64,000 nucleotides of DNA from Podarcis muralis. Its lineage: Eukaryota. The stretch lies in the NCBI RefSeq assembly GCF_964188315.1, contig NC_135667.1, positions 26,908,001 through 26,972,000 of the forward strand, in the 5' to 3' direction. Shown here one piece after another: positions 48,501 to 61,683 of this stretch; the first letter of the stretch is position 1; every line of letters starts with the position of its first letter. A model generated the notes under the pieces. That model had not been told where the DNA came from and did not search any database. It saw only the letters and a program-made list of their open reading frames with translations. The position numbers were made by a program, and so were the translations under genes.

Positions 48501-51500
48501 ACGCTTCAGGTTACATATGCTTCAGGTTATAGACTCCGCTAACCCAGAAGTAGTACCTCGGGTTAAGAACTTTGCTTCAGGATGAGAATAGAAATCGTGC
48601 TCCGGCAGCGCGGCGGCAGCAGGAAGGCCCATTAGCTAAAGTGGTGCTTCAGGTTAAGAACAGTTTCAGGTTAAGAACAGACCTCCAGAACGAATTGAAT
48701 ACTTAACCCGAGGTACCACTGTACTTTCTTTCAATTATCCACCCCCTTTAACAATCCTGCTCCTGAGGTAATTTAAATAATAAACCAAAGGGCTCTCCAC
48801 ATTCCCTCCCTTCACGGGGCTGGGGGGGTTTCTTCTTTTCCTTAGAAGAATCTTTCCCCTCCAGACTAGATTTGAGTCCCAAGTATGCTCTTCCTTTCCA
48901 GCTCCTACTTTTCCTGGCTCAACCTCCGCCTCCCAGTAAAATTCTGGTCTATTCCTCCTACAAGACACCACACTCTGTCCTTCACAATACACTCAGAGTG
49001 GAAGTTGTTTTCCCCCCAGAACCAACTCTTTCTCCCATTCACTCTTTATACCTCAACCTGTCTCCCAACCTCTCCAGCCTCAATTGCAACCTACCTCAAC
49101 CAACCATCTCAACAATCTCTCTCTTTTCACATCCTCTCCTTTTAAACTCTCCCTCCTAGAACCACGGCCAATCAGAGGCTGCCATTTGTTTACCATTTGC
49201 TGGCAGTGAAAGAAAGGGGGGGACACACTTGTTGATCCAACCTGTCCTGCAAAACCAACTGTTTCATCACAGAAGGCTAATAAAATTAAGTTATTTTCTT
49301 CCCCTTCCCCAAGATAACATCTGTATTGTTGTCTTTCCATTTATATGCTATCCAACCTACAAGGAAATATTCATACAACAGTGTGGCATAAGAATTCAGC
49401 AAAATGTAATGCTTCCCAAAGAGAACATTTTAGAAGAATTTAGAAGAAACTTTTTTAAAACTCCATTAAAATGTTGGGACAATCAGTATGGCTAGCATAT
49501 GGAATAAATGTCATTTTAAAATACAGTATTGTACAAATGCACCCCCTTCTCATAAACAGATAATGTTGTACTATTTTATTGTTGTTAGCCGCCCTGAGCC
49601 CGGCTTCGGCTGGGGAGGGTGGGATATAAATAAAATTTATTATTATTATTATTACATGAATGTCATTAAAAACATATTTCTCTCTATCCCCACCTTGCAT
49701 CTTTAGCTGATGTATAATTCTGGTTCAGTGATCATGGATAATCCAAAACTCTTTTCCTTCTACGAAATGGTTCCAAATAGATCCCTTCAGTACAAAGGGA
49801 TTCTCCAATTACTTCATCACTTCAAGTGGAGATGGGTTGGATTCATTGAAGAGAACGGGGAAATTTTAGAGTGGTTCAGACAGAACATGGTTCCTGAATT
49901 TTCCAAGCGTGGCATCTGTTTTGCTGTCATGGAATCCTTCAGCAGCTTGTTTTATGATGCTGTGAAGGGGGATTTTGTCAGAGGTGTCCTGCAATTTTAT
50001 GATAAGGTCATGAACAACAAAGCCAATGTTTTGGTCGTCTGTGGGGATGTTACGTCCATGATCTTACTGAGATGGTTGTTAAGCCCAGAAATCAAAAAAC
50101 AAAAGTCCAAAGGCAAAGTCTGGATTCTGACAGTCATGATGGAGTTAAAATCCTTTCCTATGGAACAACGGTGGGACATACAAGACTTTCATGGTGCTAT
50201 TGCACTTTCCCTTCACTCTAATGAAATTTGGGGATTTCGACCATTCATTCAGGAGAGAAAGCCTTCCACCACTGAAACAGATGGTTTTATCAAAGACTTT
50301 TGGGCTCAGGCATTTGGCTGTTCATTCCAGGATTCTGCTTCAGGCAACGTGAGTGCTGATATCTGCACTGGAGAGGAAAAGCTAGAGAACCTTCCTGGGC
50401 ATGTCTTCCCAATGAATGTAACTGGCTACAGCTACAGCATCTACAATGGCGTCTATGCTGTGGCACATGCTTTACATGCCCTGCACTCATCCATATCCAA
50501 CAGTAAGAGTATGATGCTGGGAAAGAGAAGAAAGTTTCATGAAGAGCAGCCTTGGCAGGTAGTGGACTCAACTTCTTAAGGGGAAGGGGGTAATGCATTA
50601 CCATGGTTAAATAAATTCCCAAGAGTTAAGTACCAAAGGTACATCATTCTATAGAAATTTTATTTTAAGTCATAACGCAGTGTATATGTTAACCCTTCAG
50701 TTCATATGTGTTCCTACTGTTCCATTTGTATATTGTACCCAAAATTTCTCGCCCATTTAATTATGCATTCTTTAACTTGTTCTTCTTGCATTTCACTTTT
50801 CAACAATAATTTATACACTTTTGCAATAATATATTCATCATATGTACACAACTGTATTTTGAAATTTGTCCTTTTTTTTGTTCTCTACCAAAGGTCTTTT
50901 TATCTATCTAAAATCTCTCAGTTAGTTGTAAATGAGCAAACCATTGGAGACTGTAACTTTCTCTTGCTAGTTGTTCACTTGTTTTAATTTTACAGTCCCC
51001 TCGATTCCACTCTAATAATTCTCTCTTTTTTGGTAATTTTTTTTATTAAGGTTTCTAGAGAAAAATACCAAACTTAATAACTTAATATCTGGCTCCGGTG
51101 GGGGGGTTGCTCCGGCGGCAACAGCAACAAGGGCTGGGCTGGCGTGGTGGACTCTGTTCACTCTCTGTGTGGGCTCTGCAGATGTCCGTCCGCCCCCCTC
51201 CCCCAGTTGCCCTGCCCCCAGTGCCTGCAACCTGCCCTATGCTGATGCTGGGAGCTGTACAGTTCCTTGTACTCCAGTTGCAACTTTTCCACGACATTTT
51301 TCTCTTTTCCTTTTCAATCCAGCTCCACCACTTTCTGAAATCCGTGTCGTTTAACAACAGTGCTGGCGAAAAGGTGTCCTTTGACCAGAAAGGGGAGCTT
51401 GTTCAAGGATTTGACATTGTAAATTGGGTCACATTTCCCAATCAGTCTTTCATTCGTGCAAAGGTTGGGAAGATGGATCCCTGGGCACTTCCAGATGAAC

Positions 51501-54500
51501 AATTTGCGATCAGCGAGGTTTCCATAGTATGGCACAGCTGGTTTAACCAGGTGGGGTTTAAACGCAGATCTTTTGGGAAGTGTCCCAATTTTGGAAGTTG
51601 GAAGAGTTTTCTCTGTCTAAACAATGAATCCTTAACATGTCTTAAGTACTGGATTTAGTCTCAAGACAAACTGTAATATGCAAATGCCTTTATCACACAG
51701 ATAAAGGACTCGGTATCTTTGTTGCTGTTGTTACTTACAGTCCTTAAAGTTGTCCATGCTACACATTTAATGAGGCGGTTCTCAAAATCAGCCACAAATT
51801 TTGAAATGCAAAACAAATGTGATTTCCCCCCCCCCCTTAACCTTTAAATTGTATGGTGTATAAGCAATACTAGTTTTCCTGCACATGATAGTAAGCTACA
51901 GCTTAGGATCCCAGGTAACAAGGCCTCTAAATACAAAAAATACCCAAAACCTAAACCAGCAAGACAGACTCCAGATCAGACATTTTCATCCAGTGGAACC
52001 TTGGTTCTCGAACAGCTTAGTTGATGAACAAATCGGCTCCCAAACGCCAAAAACCTGGAAGTAAGTGTTCCAGTTTTCAAACGTTTTTCAGAAGCCAGAC
52101 ATCCGATTCAGCTGTCGGCTATTGTTTCTGGGGTGCCTGCGCCAGTCAGAAGCCGTGCCTTGGTTTTCGAATGTTTCAGGAGTCAAACAGACTTCTGGAA
52201 CAGATTAAGTACGAGAACCAAGATTCCACTGTTTATCCTAAGTAGGAAACCATAAGGTATTTTCATTTAAAGGTATTTCATAGTCAAATACAGTACCTTT
52301 ATTGCAAGATATGTTTGTTAGAGCATTCCTCGCATTCTCACCTGTGTACTAGTGCATACGAAATTACAATTTGTTTTTATTATGTTATTATTTCTTGAGC
52401 GGAGAGGCTGTAGTTCAGTGGCAGAGAATCTGCCTTGCATTTAGAAACTTCCAGGTTCAATCCTTGGCATCTTGAGAGGAGACGCCCTGTTTGAAGCCCT
52501 GAAGAACTGCTACCAGGCAGTGTATCTTTATGGGCTAGAATCCTTCACACTCTACTATCACCACATACCTTTAGTACTTCTGATGCACTGCAAGGATTTG
52601 GACTGAGTGCCAATGACTTCTTGTATGCATAATGTGCAGCAATCCTCAAGCAGGGTACCAGCAAGGCAAAACACATGCAGTGGCAGATACATTATCGAGA
52701 CAGGGTCTTGGGATCCAGGATCTGATTTGAACTGGTGTCAGGAAGGCATGGCCAACAGGTTTTTCTCTACTCTCCCAATCCCTGGTGATGAGTCTTGGAG
52801 AGAGCCTGGGACAGATGTCACCTTCCCATGTCAGATGTCTGGAATTGAGCTCAAGTGCTGTGGAGTTGAAGGGAGGGAGGCCTCAAATGCTGCTGATCAT
52901 GCTTAGGATAATAGAAAAATCCAAAGCAGGTTGATTCCTGAACAGGACTATTCCAGGACTATTCTTCTGAAGCTTAACATTCTCCTCTTCCACTGGTGAA
53001 TAGGTACAGCCCCTTTCTGTCTGCAGTGCCAGCTGCCAGCCTGGTTACAGTATGAAAAAGAAGGAAGGGGAGCCCTTCTGCTGCTATGATTGCATCCCAT
53101 GCCCCAAAGGGTGGATATCTGACCATGAAGGTGAGGGTTCTAGTGCACAGACACATCAGAAGACTGGTGAGGATCCAAACGAACATGCATGCAAGAACAT
53201 CAGTGCACACACAGAGCTTCTTGGGTGCATAACCTCAGTGTGAGAAATGATCTTTCATGCTTCCTTGTTCTACTAAGTCAGTGTTTCCCAAATGTTTTTG
53301 GGCAACGGCACACCTGTTTACTGAAAAAAAATCTCGCGGCACACCACCATTAAAGCCCCGCCCCGTGACGTCAGCGCGCAGCGTCACGCCGGGAGGGACG
53401 CACAAAAGTGAAAGTTTTTTCCCTCCCCCTTGCTGGGGAACCTCCAAGCTTTGGGGGTGGGAGGAGGCAGCAGAGCGAGGGACTGAGGGACGGCGGCAAC
53501 TGAGGCGGCGGCGGCTGAGGCAGAGCTGGGAAGGGGGTTTCCAGGGGACACGGCAGCTCCTCGAAAGGCTTCTCTCAGCTGCGCTCAATCCGCCTCGGAG
53601 AGGATTTCCCCTCCGGTCCCATGCGTTCGTTTGGGGCATCGCTCCGGCTGCTCCCTCTCCCGCCGCGCAGGAGCGATGCCTCTCTCTGGCTTTCCCTCCG
53701 CGCAGGCTGAGGGAGGGAGGGAGGGGCGCGTGTGACCCGTCTCTGCTGGGAGACCAAACCCAGCGAGGCAGAGTCGCGCGGAGGCGCCCAGGCAGCGCTT
53801 CCGGCTGCGAGGAGGAGCGCCAGGCAACAGCAGGAGGCGCGGCCTCTCCTCGCCGCCGCCGCCCCGCCTCTCGCCGCCCGACTCGCCCGCCTCCCTCCAG
53901 GCATCTCGCGGCACACGAGGCAACGTCTCACGGCACACTCGTGTGCCGCGGAACACCGGTTGGGAAACACTGTACTAAGTTACCAGTCTTCAGTATTCGA
54001 AATATGGTTAGACACTATATAGGAGTGTGTCTGCATTTTTCTGAGTTGCAACAAGTGTGCACTGTAGGAGCATATTGCTTTGTTGCTCTGGGGTTTTTCC
54101 CCATTATTGCCTGGAATGTGTTGCCTTGTAGGCGGGGTTGTTACTCCAGCACACAATAGTCCTGTGCCCTCCATCCCACATTTGAAACAGGTAAGATATT
54201 CCCTCTTGGGCTGGGCTTTTCCCCCTTGAATGTGAGATGTAATTTGTTTTTGTTTTTTGTTTTTTTTTAATAATTTTTTATTGATTTTCAACACACAAAA
54301 TAAAAACAAACAATAGACAATACACAAACATACAAACATATAAACATGTATAATTCCATACTCTTATTTTCTTACACCTTGCTTCCTGGACTTCCCCATA
54401 CCTCCCCTTTTCCACATCCTTGTTTTAAATTTCTTCAGCAACTCCTCCAATTAGCTAACTGTTCAAATCAGTTCTTTCAATTTCTGCCTTAACTTGTTAA

Positions 54501-57255
54501 TTACAGCTGCAATTCTCTATTTCCCATTTCCCTGACATCTTAGCATTCCTCAATTTTACAACAATTTTTAAGATATATCTTGAATTTCTTCCAGTCCTCT
54601 TCCACTGTCTCTTTCGCCTGGTCACGGATTCTGCCAGTCATCTCCGCCAGTCCCATATAGTCTATCACCTTCGTCTGCCATTCTTCCAGCGTGGGTAGTT
54701 CTTGTGTCTTCCAATACTTTGCTAAAAGGATCCTTGCTGCTGTGGTGGCGTACATAAAAAACGTCCTATCCTTCCTTGACACCAATTGGCCCACCATACC
54801 CAAGAGAAAAGCCTCTGGCTTCTTAGGAAAAGTCCTTTTGAGAACTTTCTTAATTTCGTTATAGATCATTTCCCAAAAGGCTTTTATCTTCGGGCAGGTC
54901 CACCAAAGGTGGTAGAAGGTACCTTCAGCCTCATTACATTTCCAACATTTATTATTGGGCAAATGATAAATTTTTGCTAGCTTGACTGGGGTCATGTACC
55001 ACCTGTAGATCATTTTCATAATATTTTCTCGAATGTGAGATGTAATTTGAGCCAGAAGGCTCTCTGCTTGCAGATGGTATTATTTCCTCCTTTTGAAAAC
55101 AATGCTGTTTCAGAAATCCTATGGCTTTTGTTAAAGTCCAGGGCATCTCTTCCTTCCAATACTGTTGCAAAAGCATCAGAATTATCTCCTAGTGAGCTGA
55201 TCAGCACAGAGACCTTTTGCTGATCACCAAGAACAAAACCTGTTAGGGCCAAACTGGTCAATCAGTGTTGCTACCTGGGTTAAATGCTTGCCACAGTCTC
55301 TTTTGGAATTCAGTGTTAGCCTCAATAGTTGATTCATCCATTTGACCGGAAACTTCTTGCTAACAAATTCTAATTCTAGCTTCTTTAAAGCTTTGGCTGC
55401 AGTTTCACAATGCTTAATTTGAATCAACTGGGAGTATTCTAAACTTTGCACAATGATTCCCATTGCAAAACTGCTTTCTCTGTCTCATTTGCATGCTTCC
55501 TCAACATTGTTTGTGGGTCTTGCTTTTTTGTACAATTTAATGCCCTTTCGCCCTTAAAAGGATATCCAATCCCATTTTCCATGGACCAAAGGGGTAAAAC
55601 TATGACCACTCATTAGATCCTGGGGTGCTATCGTTAAAAAACAAGTTTCACAAAATGCACAAAACTGCCACAACTGCAAAAATATTGCATTTTATTTTAT
55701 TTTTTACATTAGCCGAAAATGGGACAAAAAATTGATGGGTGGGAAAAATAACAAGATATAATGTTGGTGGTGAGTCACTATTCCCCTCAGCAAAAAAAAG
55801 GGGGGGACCAAAAAGGACTCAAAAACAAAAGGGCTAGGGCCCATAACCCATAACCCATAACCATTATTCCTTGGAAAGAATGGTACATTTCACAGCATCA
55901 ACAAAGAATGCAATACCTGAGCAAGACAAACAGCTTTGTATCATTTCTAAGAATTATTCATTAATGTGCTCAGAGGCAGGGGAACTTTATTTGGCAGGTA
56001 GACCAGATCATATCTCCCCACTTTCAGTAGGGCTATCCACCTGCCAATCATCTGACATCCCTGCATCATCAGATGGTGCTGCACATTGAAGTCCCAAATG
56101 TGAGTACCACAAATTTCAGCACAGGGCTGTTGGAAAGTCCTCCTACAAACAGCTGTGTAATGCAATTTAATCCTCTGGAAACTGGAGGTTCAAAACGCAG
56201 CAAAAAGCTGTTTGCAAAAGGGCTTTCAAACAGCCCCACATTGTGCTTTAAAACTCCAAAAACATTGGAACTACTTTCCCCAAGAAACTATTTTTAAAAG
56301 AAAAATATAACTCACATTTATGTACAGACAATATAACATTTCTTTTTCAGACATGGCCCATTGCTTCAAATGTCCAGATGAGCAATATGCAAACGAGAAC
56401 CAGGATTTATGCATTCCCAAAACAGTAACTTTCTTGTCTTATGAAGAACCTTTGGGCATCATTTCAACCATTTCTGCTCTTTCATTTTCTTTGACCACAG
56501 CTCTGGTGCTAAGAATATTCATGAAGCACCGGGATACTCCAATAGTCAAAGCCAACAACCAGGACCTCACTTACATCCTTCTCATCTCCCTCCTGCTCTG
56601 CTTCCTTTGTGCATTGCTCTTCATTGGCCAACCTACAAAGGTGACGTGTCTCCTCCGCCAAACAGCTTTTGGCATTGTCTTCGCAATGGCAGTTTCTTCT
56701 GTGTTGGCAAAAACTATTACTGTGGTTCTGGCTTTTATGGCCACCAAGCCAGCATCCAGGATCAGGAAGTGGGTGGGGAAAAGCCTGGCCATCTCCATTG
56801 TCCTTTCTTGCTCCATTCTCCAAGCGGGCATCTGCCTGGTGTGGCTGTCCACCTCTCCTCCATTCCCAGATACTGACACCCAGTCAATGATTGAGGAGAT
56901 TGTACTGCAATGTAACGAGTCATCCCCAATCATGTTTTACTGTGTCCTGAGCTACATGGGCTTGCTAGCCATGGCCAGCTTCATTGTAGCTTTCTTTGCC
57001 CGGAACTTGCCTGACAGTTTCAATGAAGCCAAGTTCATCACTTTCAGCATGTTGGTGTTTTGCAGTGTTTGGATGTCCTTTGTTCCAACTTACTTGAGCA
57101 CCAAAGGGAAATACATGGTGGCTGTGGAGATCTTCTCCATCTTGGCCTCCAGTGCTGGGTTGCTGACTTGTATCTTCTTCCCCAAATGCTACATTATCTT
57201 GTTCAGGCCTGAGCTGAACAAAAGGGAGTCATTAAATAGGAGGGAGGAGCACTGA
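45501..57255 (+). CDS. Vmn2r: Vomeronasal type 2 receptor C, 6 exons, ~865 aa (exon 1 donor uncertain)
   Basis: Exons 45501-~45694, 47255-47546, 49707-50558, 51323-51550, 53004-53130, 56351-57255. Exons 2-6 are canonical and open. Exon 1 needs the weak donor AA|GTTTGT. Confidence 0.8.
48480..48721. mobile_element. Tc1/mariner-type MITE
   Basis: TA|CAGTGGTACCTCGGG...CCCGAGGTACCACTG|TA. Confidence 0.85.
51991..52231. mobile_element. Tc1/mariner-type MITE
   Basis: CAGTGGAACCTTGGTTCTCG / CGAGAACCAAGATTCCACTG. Confidence 0.8.
52400..52525 (+). mobile_element. tRNA-derived SINE head (related reverse copies at ~44810-44905 and ~60995-61095)
   Basis: GGCTGTAGTTCAGTGGCAGAG (A box) ... GGTTCAATCCTTGGC (B box); no complete cloverleaf. 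Confidence 0.6.
53279..53972. mobile_element. GC-rich hAT-type non-autonomous element
   Basis: TIR CAGTGTTTCCCAA / TTGGGAAACACTG. Perfect 8-bp TSD TACTAAGT (53271-53278, 53973-53980). Confidence 0.9.
54243..55030 (-). mobile_element. L1 LINE 3' end with intact ORF2 C-terminus and A-rich tail
   Basis: ORF 54540-55019 [13 protein letters not shown]...CWKC...[10 protein letters not shown] (CCHC-type motif). Confidence 0.9.
55031..55540 (-). mobile_element. Copia-type gag (UBN2-like) relic, frameshifted
   Basis: [18 protein letters not shown]...LLRLTL...[13 protein letters not shown], then [20 protein letters not shown] in the next frame. Confidence 0.55.
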
Positions 57256-59004
57256 AGAAGAGGTCCATGCAGCCTTTTCCACTCAACCCTTTCCAAATTA
57301 AAGAATACATTGAGAGTGCAATGGAGCTGCATGAAGAACATGTTGATGTTATGTAACTGTCAGGAATTGATTGACCAGCAGAGGCAGGTGCTGATAATGA
57401 GGCTCTTTTAAATGTAAACTCATGACTGGGCTGGCTGGTTGCCAGACTCTTACAGTTGTTATAAAGACCCTATTGGTTCCACATGCCTGTGCTGGATGCC
57501 ATAGCTCTTGACCTGCTGCTTGAATATTGTACTGTAGCTGTTGGATGTTTTAGTATGGTAAGGTAAATAACAGCTTTTATGCCATATCTCTTGACCTGCT
57601 ATTTGAATCCGGTTGCGGGTGCAAAGAAGAATCCCTGAAAATAATTGTGGATATGTATAGTCTATTTTTTCCCCTCTCTTCTTCTCCTCCTCCTCCTCCA
57701 ATTTATAGCCATGCCTTTCCTCCAAGGAGCTCAAGGCAGTATAGGTGGTTTTTCTCTCTATGCCATCCTCCTAACAACTGTGTGAGGCAGGTTAGGCTGA
57801 GTGTTAGCAAGTGAGATTCACGGCTAAGTTCAGATGTGAACCAGTCATAGTATGAAACTTGAAGCACTACACCACCCCACCACCCAACAGCTTCTTCTTT
57901 TTGCTTTGGCTTGGAGTTGCCAAGAGCACTAAGCAGCCTAAACAAGCTACAGCTCCCAGGATTCTTGGGGGAGAATCTGTGACAGATAAACTTAAAAGTG
58001 GCATGACATTATAGCTTGGGCCACCAAAGCAGCACTGCCAAACACTTCCTCCCAGTGCTAGTTGGTAGAGGTCCAAAAGAAGCCAGTGTCTATGTATCTT
58101 TTCTCTCTTGAGGAAGCTTCACATTTGAGAAGAAATTCAGAAAATTATACCATTCAATGTCTTATGGCACTGACTTTGCTAATGATTTATTTCTTCAACA
58201 TCAGGCACCACATAGAATATATATTTTGAAGGATATAATCCACTATGTTTTAGGCCATCTGCCTGGATCTTTGGGGGGGGGGATAAGTACCTGATAGTGT
58301 AGCACTACTCTGTCCTGGTTTTTGTACAACCTCGCCGGAAAGTGGTGTTCTAATAGTGAGATCACCGTTCGTTTTATTATACTCGGCTATTCCCAGATTT
58401 TCCTAAACATATTAAGTGTGCTGGGTTCACAGGTTTTTTCCCATAGTCTATCTTACAGGATTTTGTGGACACACAGAGTCCAGTATATTGGTTATAAATG
58501 CAGTGGTATAGTGTGGGGGGCAGGGGAGGCTGAGGCTCCGGGTGCAGAATCTGGGGGGGGGCACAAACCAAGTGCCCCCAGGCCTCACAGAGATCCCCGT
58601 GCCCTGCCTGTCTCCAGCAGTGAGGGCTTGATGAGAGTGGAGGGTGAAAAACATCCTCTACCCCTAGCCCCTGCTGGGCACCCAACCTCCAAAACAGGAT
58701 TAGACACACCCATGAAGATGTCAGTGGTTGCTTGCCATGAATGCTATGTACTTCCTCCATTGTCAAAGGCAGTAAGCCTCTGGGTACCAGTCTCTAGTGC
58801 AGGGCTTGATTGGGATCTTTGAAAGTAATGTCCGAACCAATATTTATTTTGAGGTCTAGTAGATGTTTCCAGATTTTTTTTCAAAAAAATCCTCTTCTAC
58901 CAGTTTCCTTTAAGCATGAATGCTGAAAAGGTCAGTTACCAGCTTCAAAGTCATGCTGAGAGTATTAATACTTATTCTGATATAACAAGTTAAATTAGTA
59001 AATC

Positions 59005-59142
59005 CAGACCCTCCAAGTGTCCCTATTTTCCAGGGATGTCCCTGATTTAGAGAAGCCATCCTGATTTCTGATTTGATCCCAGAATGTCCTGCTTTTCCTA
59101 AGGATGTCCCTATTTTCACTGGAGAAATGTTGGAGGGTATGG
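59005..59142. mobile_element. Short MITE-like element
   Basis: Inverted ends CCAGACCCTCCAA / TTGGAGGGTATGG; internal TGTCCCTATTTT repeats. Confidence 0.6.
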
Positions 59143-60043
59143 AGTTATGCAACCCCTGACCCATCTGAAAGCAATCCTGTATAGGGAAGCTGTACAAACA
59201 AAGCCTCTCCCTTATCAGTCCAGGAAGGCTTAGTGATGGATGGCCTTGTCAGTTCCGAGTGGAGCGAGTGGAGACGGGATGGAAGATCTGGGTCTTATCT
59301 TGTAGGTTGTAAATATCCTGGCCACTCTGACGCACAGACTTTGCCTGTCAGACCTGTCAGCCCCCACTCCCGGAGACGGCGCCAGGGGAAACTCCTATAG
59401 CTGGGTGACCTTCTTGCCCTAAGATAAGCACACAGGAACCGGAATATCTGTTTATGCTCAAGGATGCTCAAGGAGATCAACTTACTCATGAGGCAGGATT
59501 CCTGGGGAAGGGGCAGAGGGGGTCTGGAGGGAATATATACTGTATGAAAATTCTCTTTCAGTGTGCTTGCTGTGAACTGACCACACAAGTGCCTTTCTGG
59601 CTGCTCTGGAGAGCAGAAATAAAAAACTCTTTCTCTGAACCAACCTCAGTGTCTTCTGACTCCTTCCTCCCTCTCCGGAAGCAACGCTCACCCAACCAAT
59701 CGGTAAAGTCTAAGAAGGCTACACTAGGATTTTGATTATTTGGGTTATGAAGGGAGAATGCAAGCTGCAGAGTAATTCCTGGGCTAGCCTATGCAAAATG
59801 ACCTGGCTCAACTGGGGCCATTAAGGAACAATAGAGGGCCATTGAGAGACATTGCAAGACAAGAGAAGAATCCCTGCCTCCTGCCCTGAGGTGTAAACAG
59901 AGACTGGGTTTGGAAGGTGGCCAGGGTAACTGGGTGTAAGCTGACAGGAAAATAAAGTTTTGATTCAGGTAGGTAGACATGTTGGTCTGACACAGTCGAA
60001 ATATCAAAATAATAAAAAAAAAATTAAAAAAAAATGTGCAGTA

Positions 60044-60600
60044 GCACCTTAGAGACCAACTAAGTTTGTTCTTGGTATAAGCTTTCGTGTGCATACACAC
60101 TTCTTCAGATACACTGAAAGAGAAGTCACCAGACCCTTGTATATAGTGGGAGGGTGGGGTGGGTTTTTCTCAGGAGGGTAGTAGGAGATGGGTGATTGAC
60201 TCAATGGGCATGGTAAACATGTTGACTGTTAACGACTGCAATTAGTCCTACATGAAAAAGCAAGGAATAGTATGCAGATGATTAGCATATGTAATGAGAC
60301 AGGAATCCAATATCTCTATTCAGACCAGGTCTCTCCAGTTTAGTGATAAGTTGTAATTCAGCAACTTCTCTTTCAAGTCTGTTTCTGAAATTCTTTTGTA
60401 ATAAGACAGCTGTTTTGAGATCCTGTATTGAATGTCCTGGGAGACTGAAGCATTCTCCTACTGACTTCTGTACTGTATAGTGATGATATGTTTTCATAAC
60501 GTCTGAGTAAAGAGAGGCTGAGGGTAACACCATAACCACAAAACATATTTTTCAGAAAATATGTTTCTTTTCTTGTTTTATTTATTAAAGCCATTTCTAT
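60044..60600 (-). mobile_element. Penelope-like element, GIY-YIG endonuclease C-terminus and 3' end
   Basis: ORF 60282-60539 FSLPGHSIQDLKTAVLLQKNFRNRLEREVAELQLI...GLNRDIGFLSHY. Terminal TAGCACCTTAGAGACCAACTAAGTTTGTTC. Confidence 0.8.
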
Positions 60601-61683
60601 ACCACTTTACATTTTGGAGAGGGTCGTGTTGTCTTTAAGGCAGCCATCCTATGCACAATAAGTGCAAAAAACAAGCCTTTGTAAGTTAAGCTTGTCTAAA
60701 GTTATACCAGATAGATTCCTATTCAGTGGCAGAGGTCCTGCGGCTGCTCTTTCTAAACCTGGTACAAGGAAAGCAAGCCTTTAAAATAGTGTTTTGTGCC
60801 AGGTTGCCAGGAACGAGCAACTAGCAGTAACATACCTTTGGCTAAACTAGGTTTAGAGACTTAGTGCCGGCTGAGCCAGGAATGAGTCCACTGAGTTGGT
60901 GATCATCCTAAATTGCTCATCTCAGTGGATCTACACTTGGAGGAACATACCAAAGCTTCCTCATACTGAGCCAAGCCATTAGTCCACCTAGATCAGGGTT
61001 GTCTACACTATGATTTCAGTCCTAGCTAGAGATGCCAGGGATTGAACTTGGGACCTTCTGCATGTAATGAAGAACCTGTACCACTGACCTATGACCCTTC
61101 CCAAAAGGAAATCCATGAATGTCGAAAGTGTGTTTTCTTTCTCCAGAGATGGGAAATATTTCATCGTAGTCTTGCTCAGACCTGTCCTACAGCCTTTTTA
61201 ATTTTTTTACTGAAGGGCTATAGGCTGAGTTCTTTAATGGCAAGTTATGCTTCCAGACAACGCTATCCAGAGCATAGTAAATACTTCCTTTCATGAATGA
61301 CAAACAGGTGTTCTCCAGCAATGCCATAGAGGCTTTGAGCTGAGTCCCCTGTAATTACCATAAGGACGGGAGTTAACTCTGGAACTTGCAGAGTCCTCTC
61401 TGGAAATCTAGTGACTAATAAGAAAAGAAATAATATGCTTTGTGAAGGGCGGTATAAATACTCCCATGCACTCCAGTACCAGGGTCTCAGGAGTAACAAG
61501 GCTCCATCAGGCTGATTTCTGGTACTCTGTGTTTGATAATGATGGATTTGGTCTTGTCTGCAAACAGAATGATCATTTGGGTCAGTCAAAACAGTCTGGT
61601 GCAATTACAGAGATTATAAAGATTGAGATTTCCCTGTTTGCATCTCCTGCAACCTGTGTTCATATCATACATTTGTACTCAGG

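Noticed and set aside
52400-52480. tRNA gene (also at 16245)
   Set aside because: A and B boxes only, with no acceptor stem; these are SINE heads.
53257-54159. 300-aa Arg/Pro/Gly-rich ORF and overlapping ORFs
   Set aside because: Lies largely within a GC-rich hAT element bounded by TIRs and a TSD; few stop codons are expected at that GC content.
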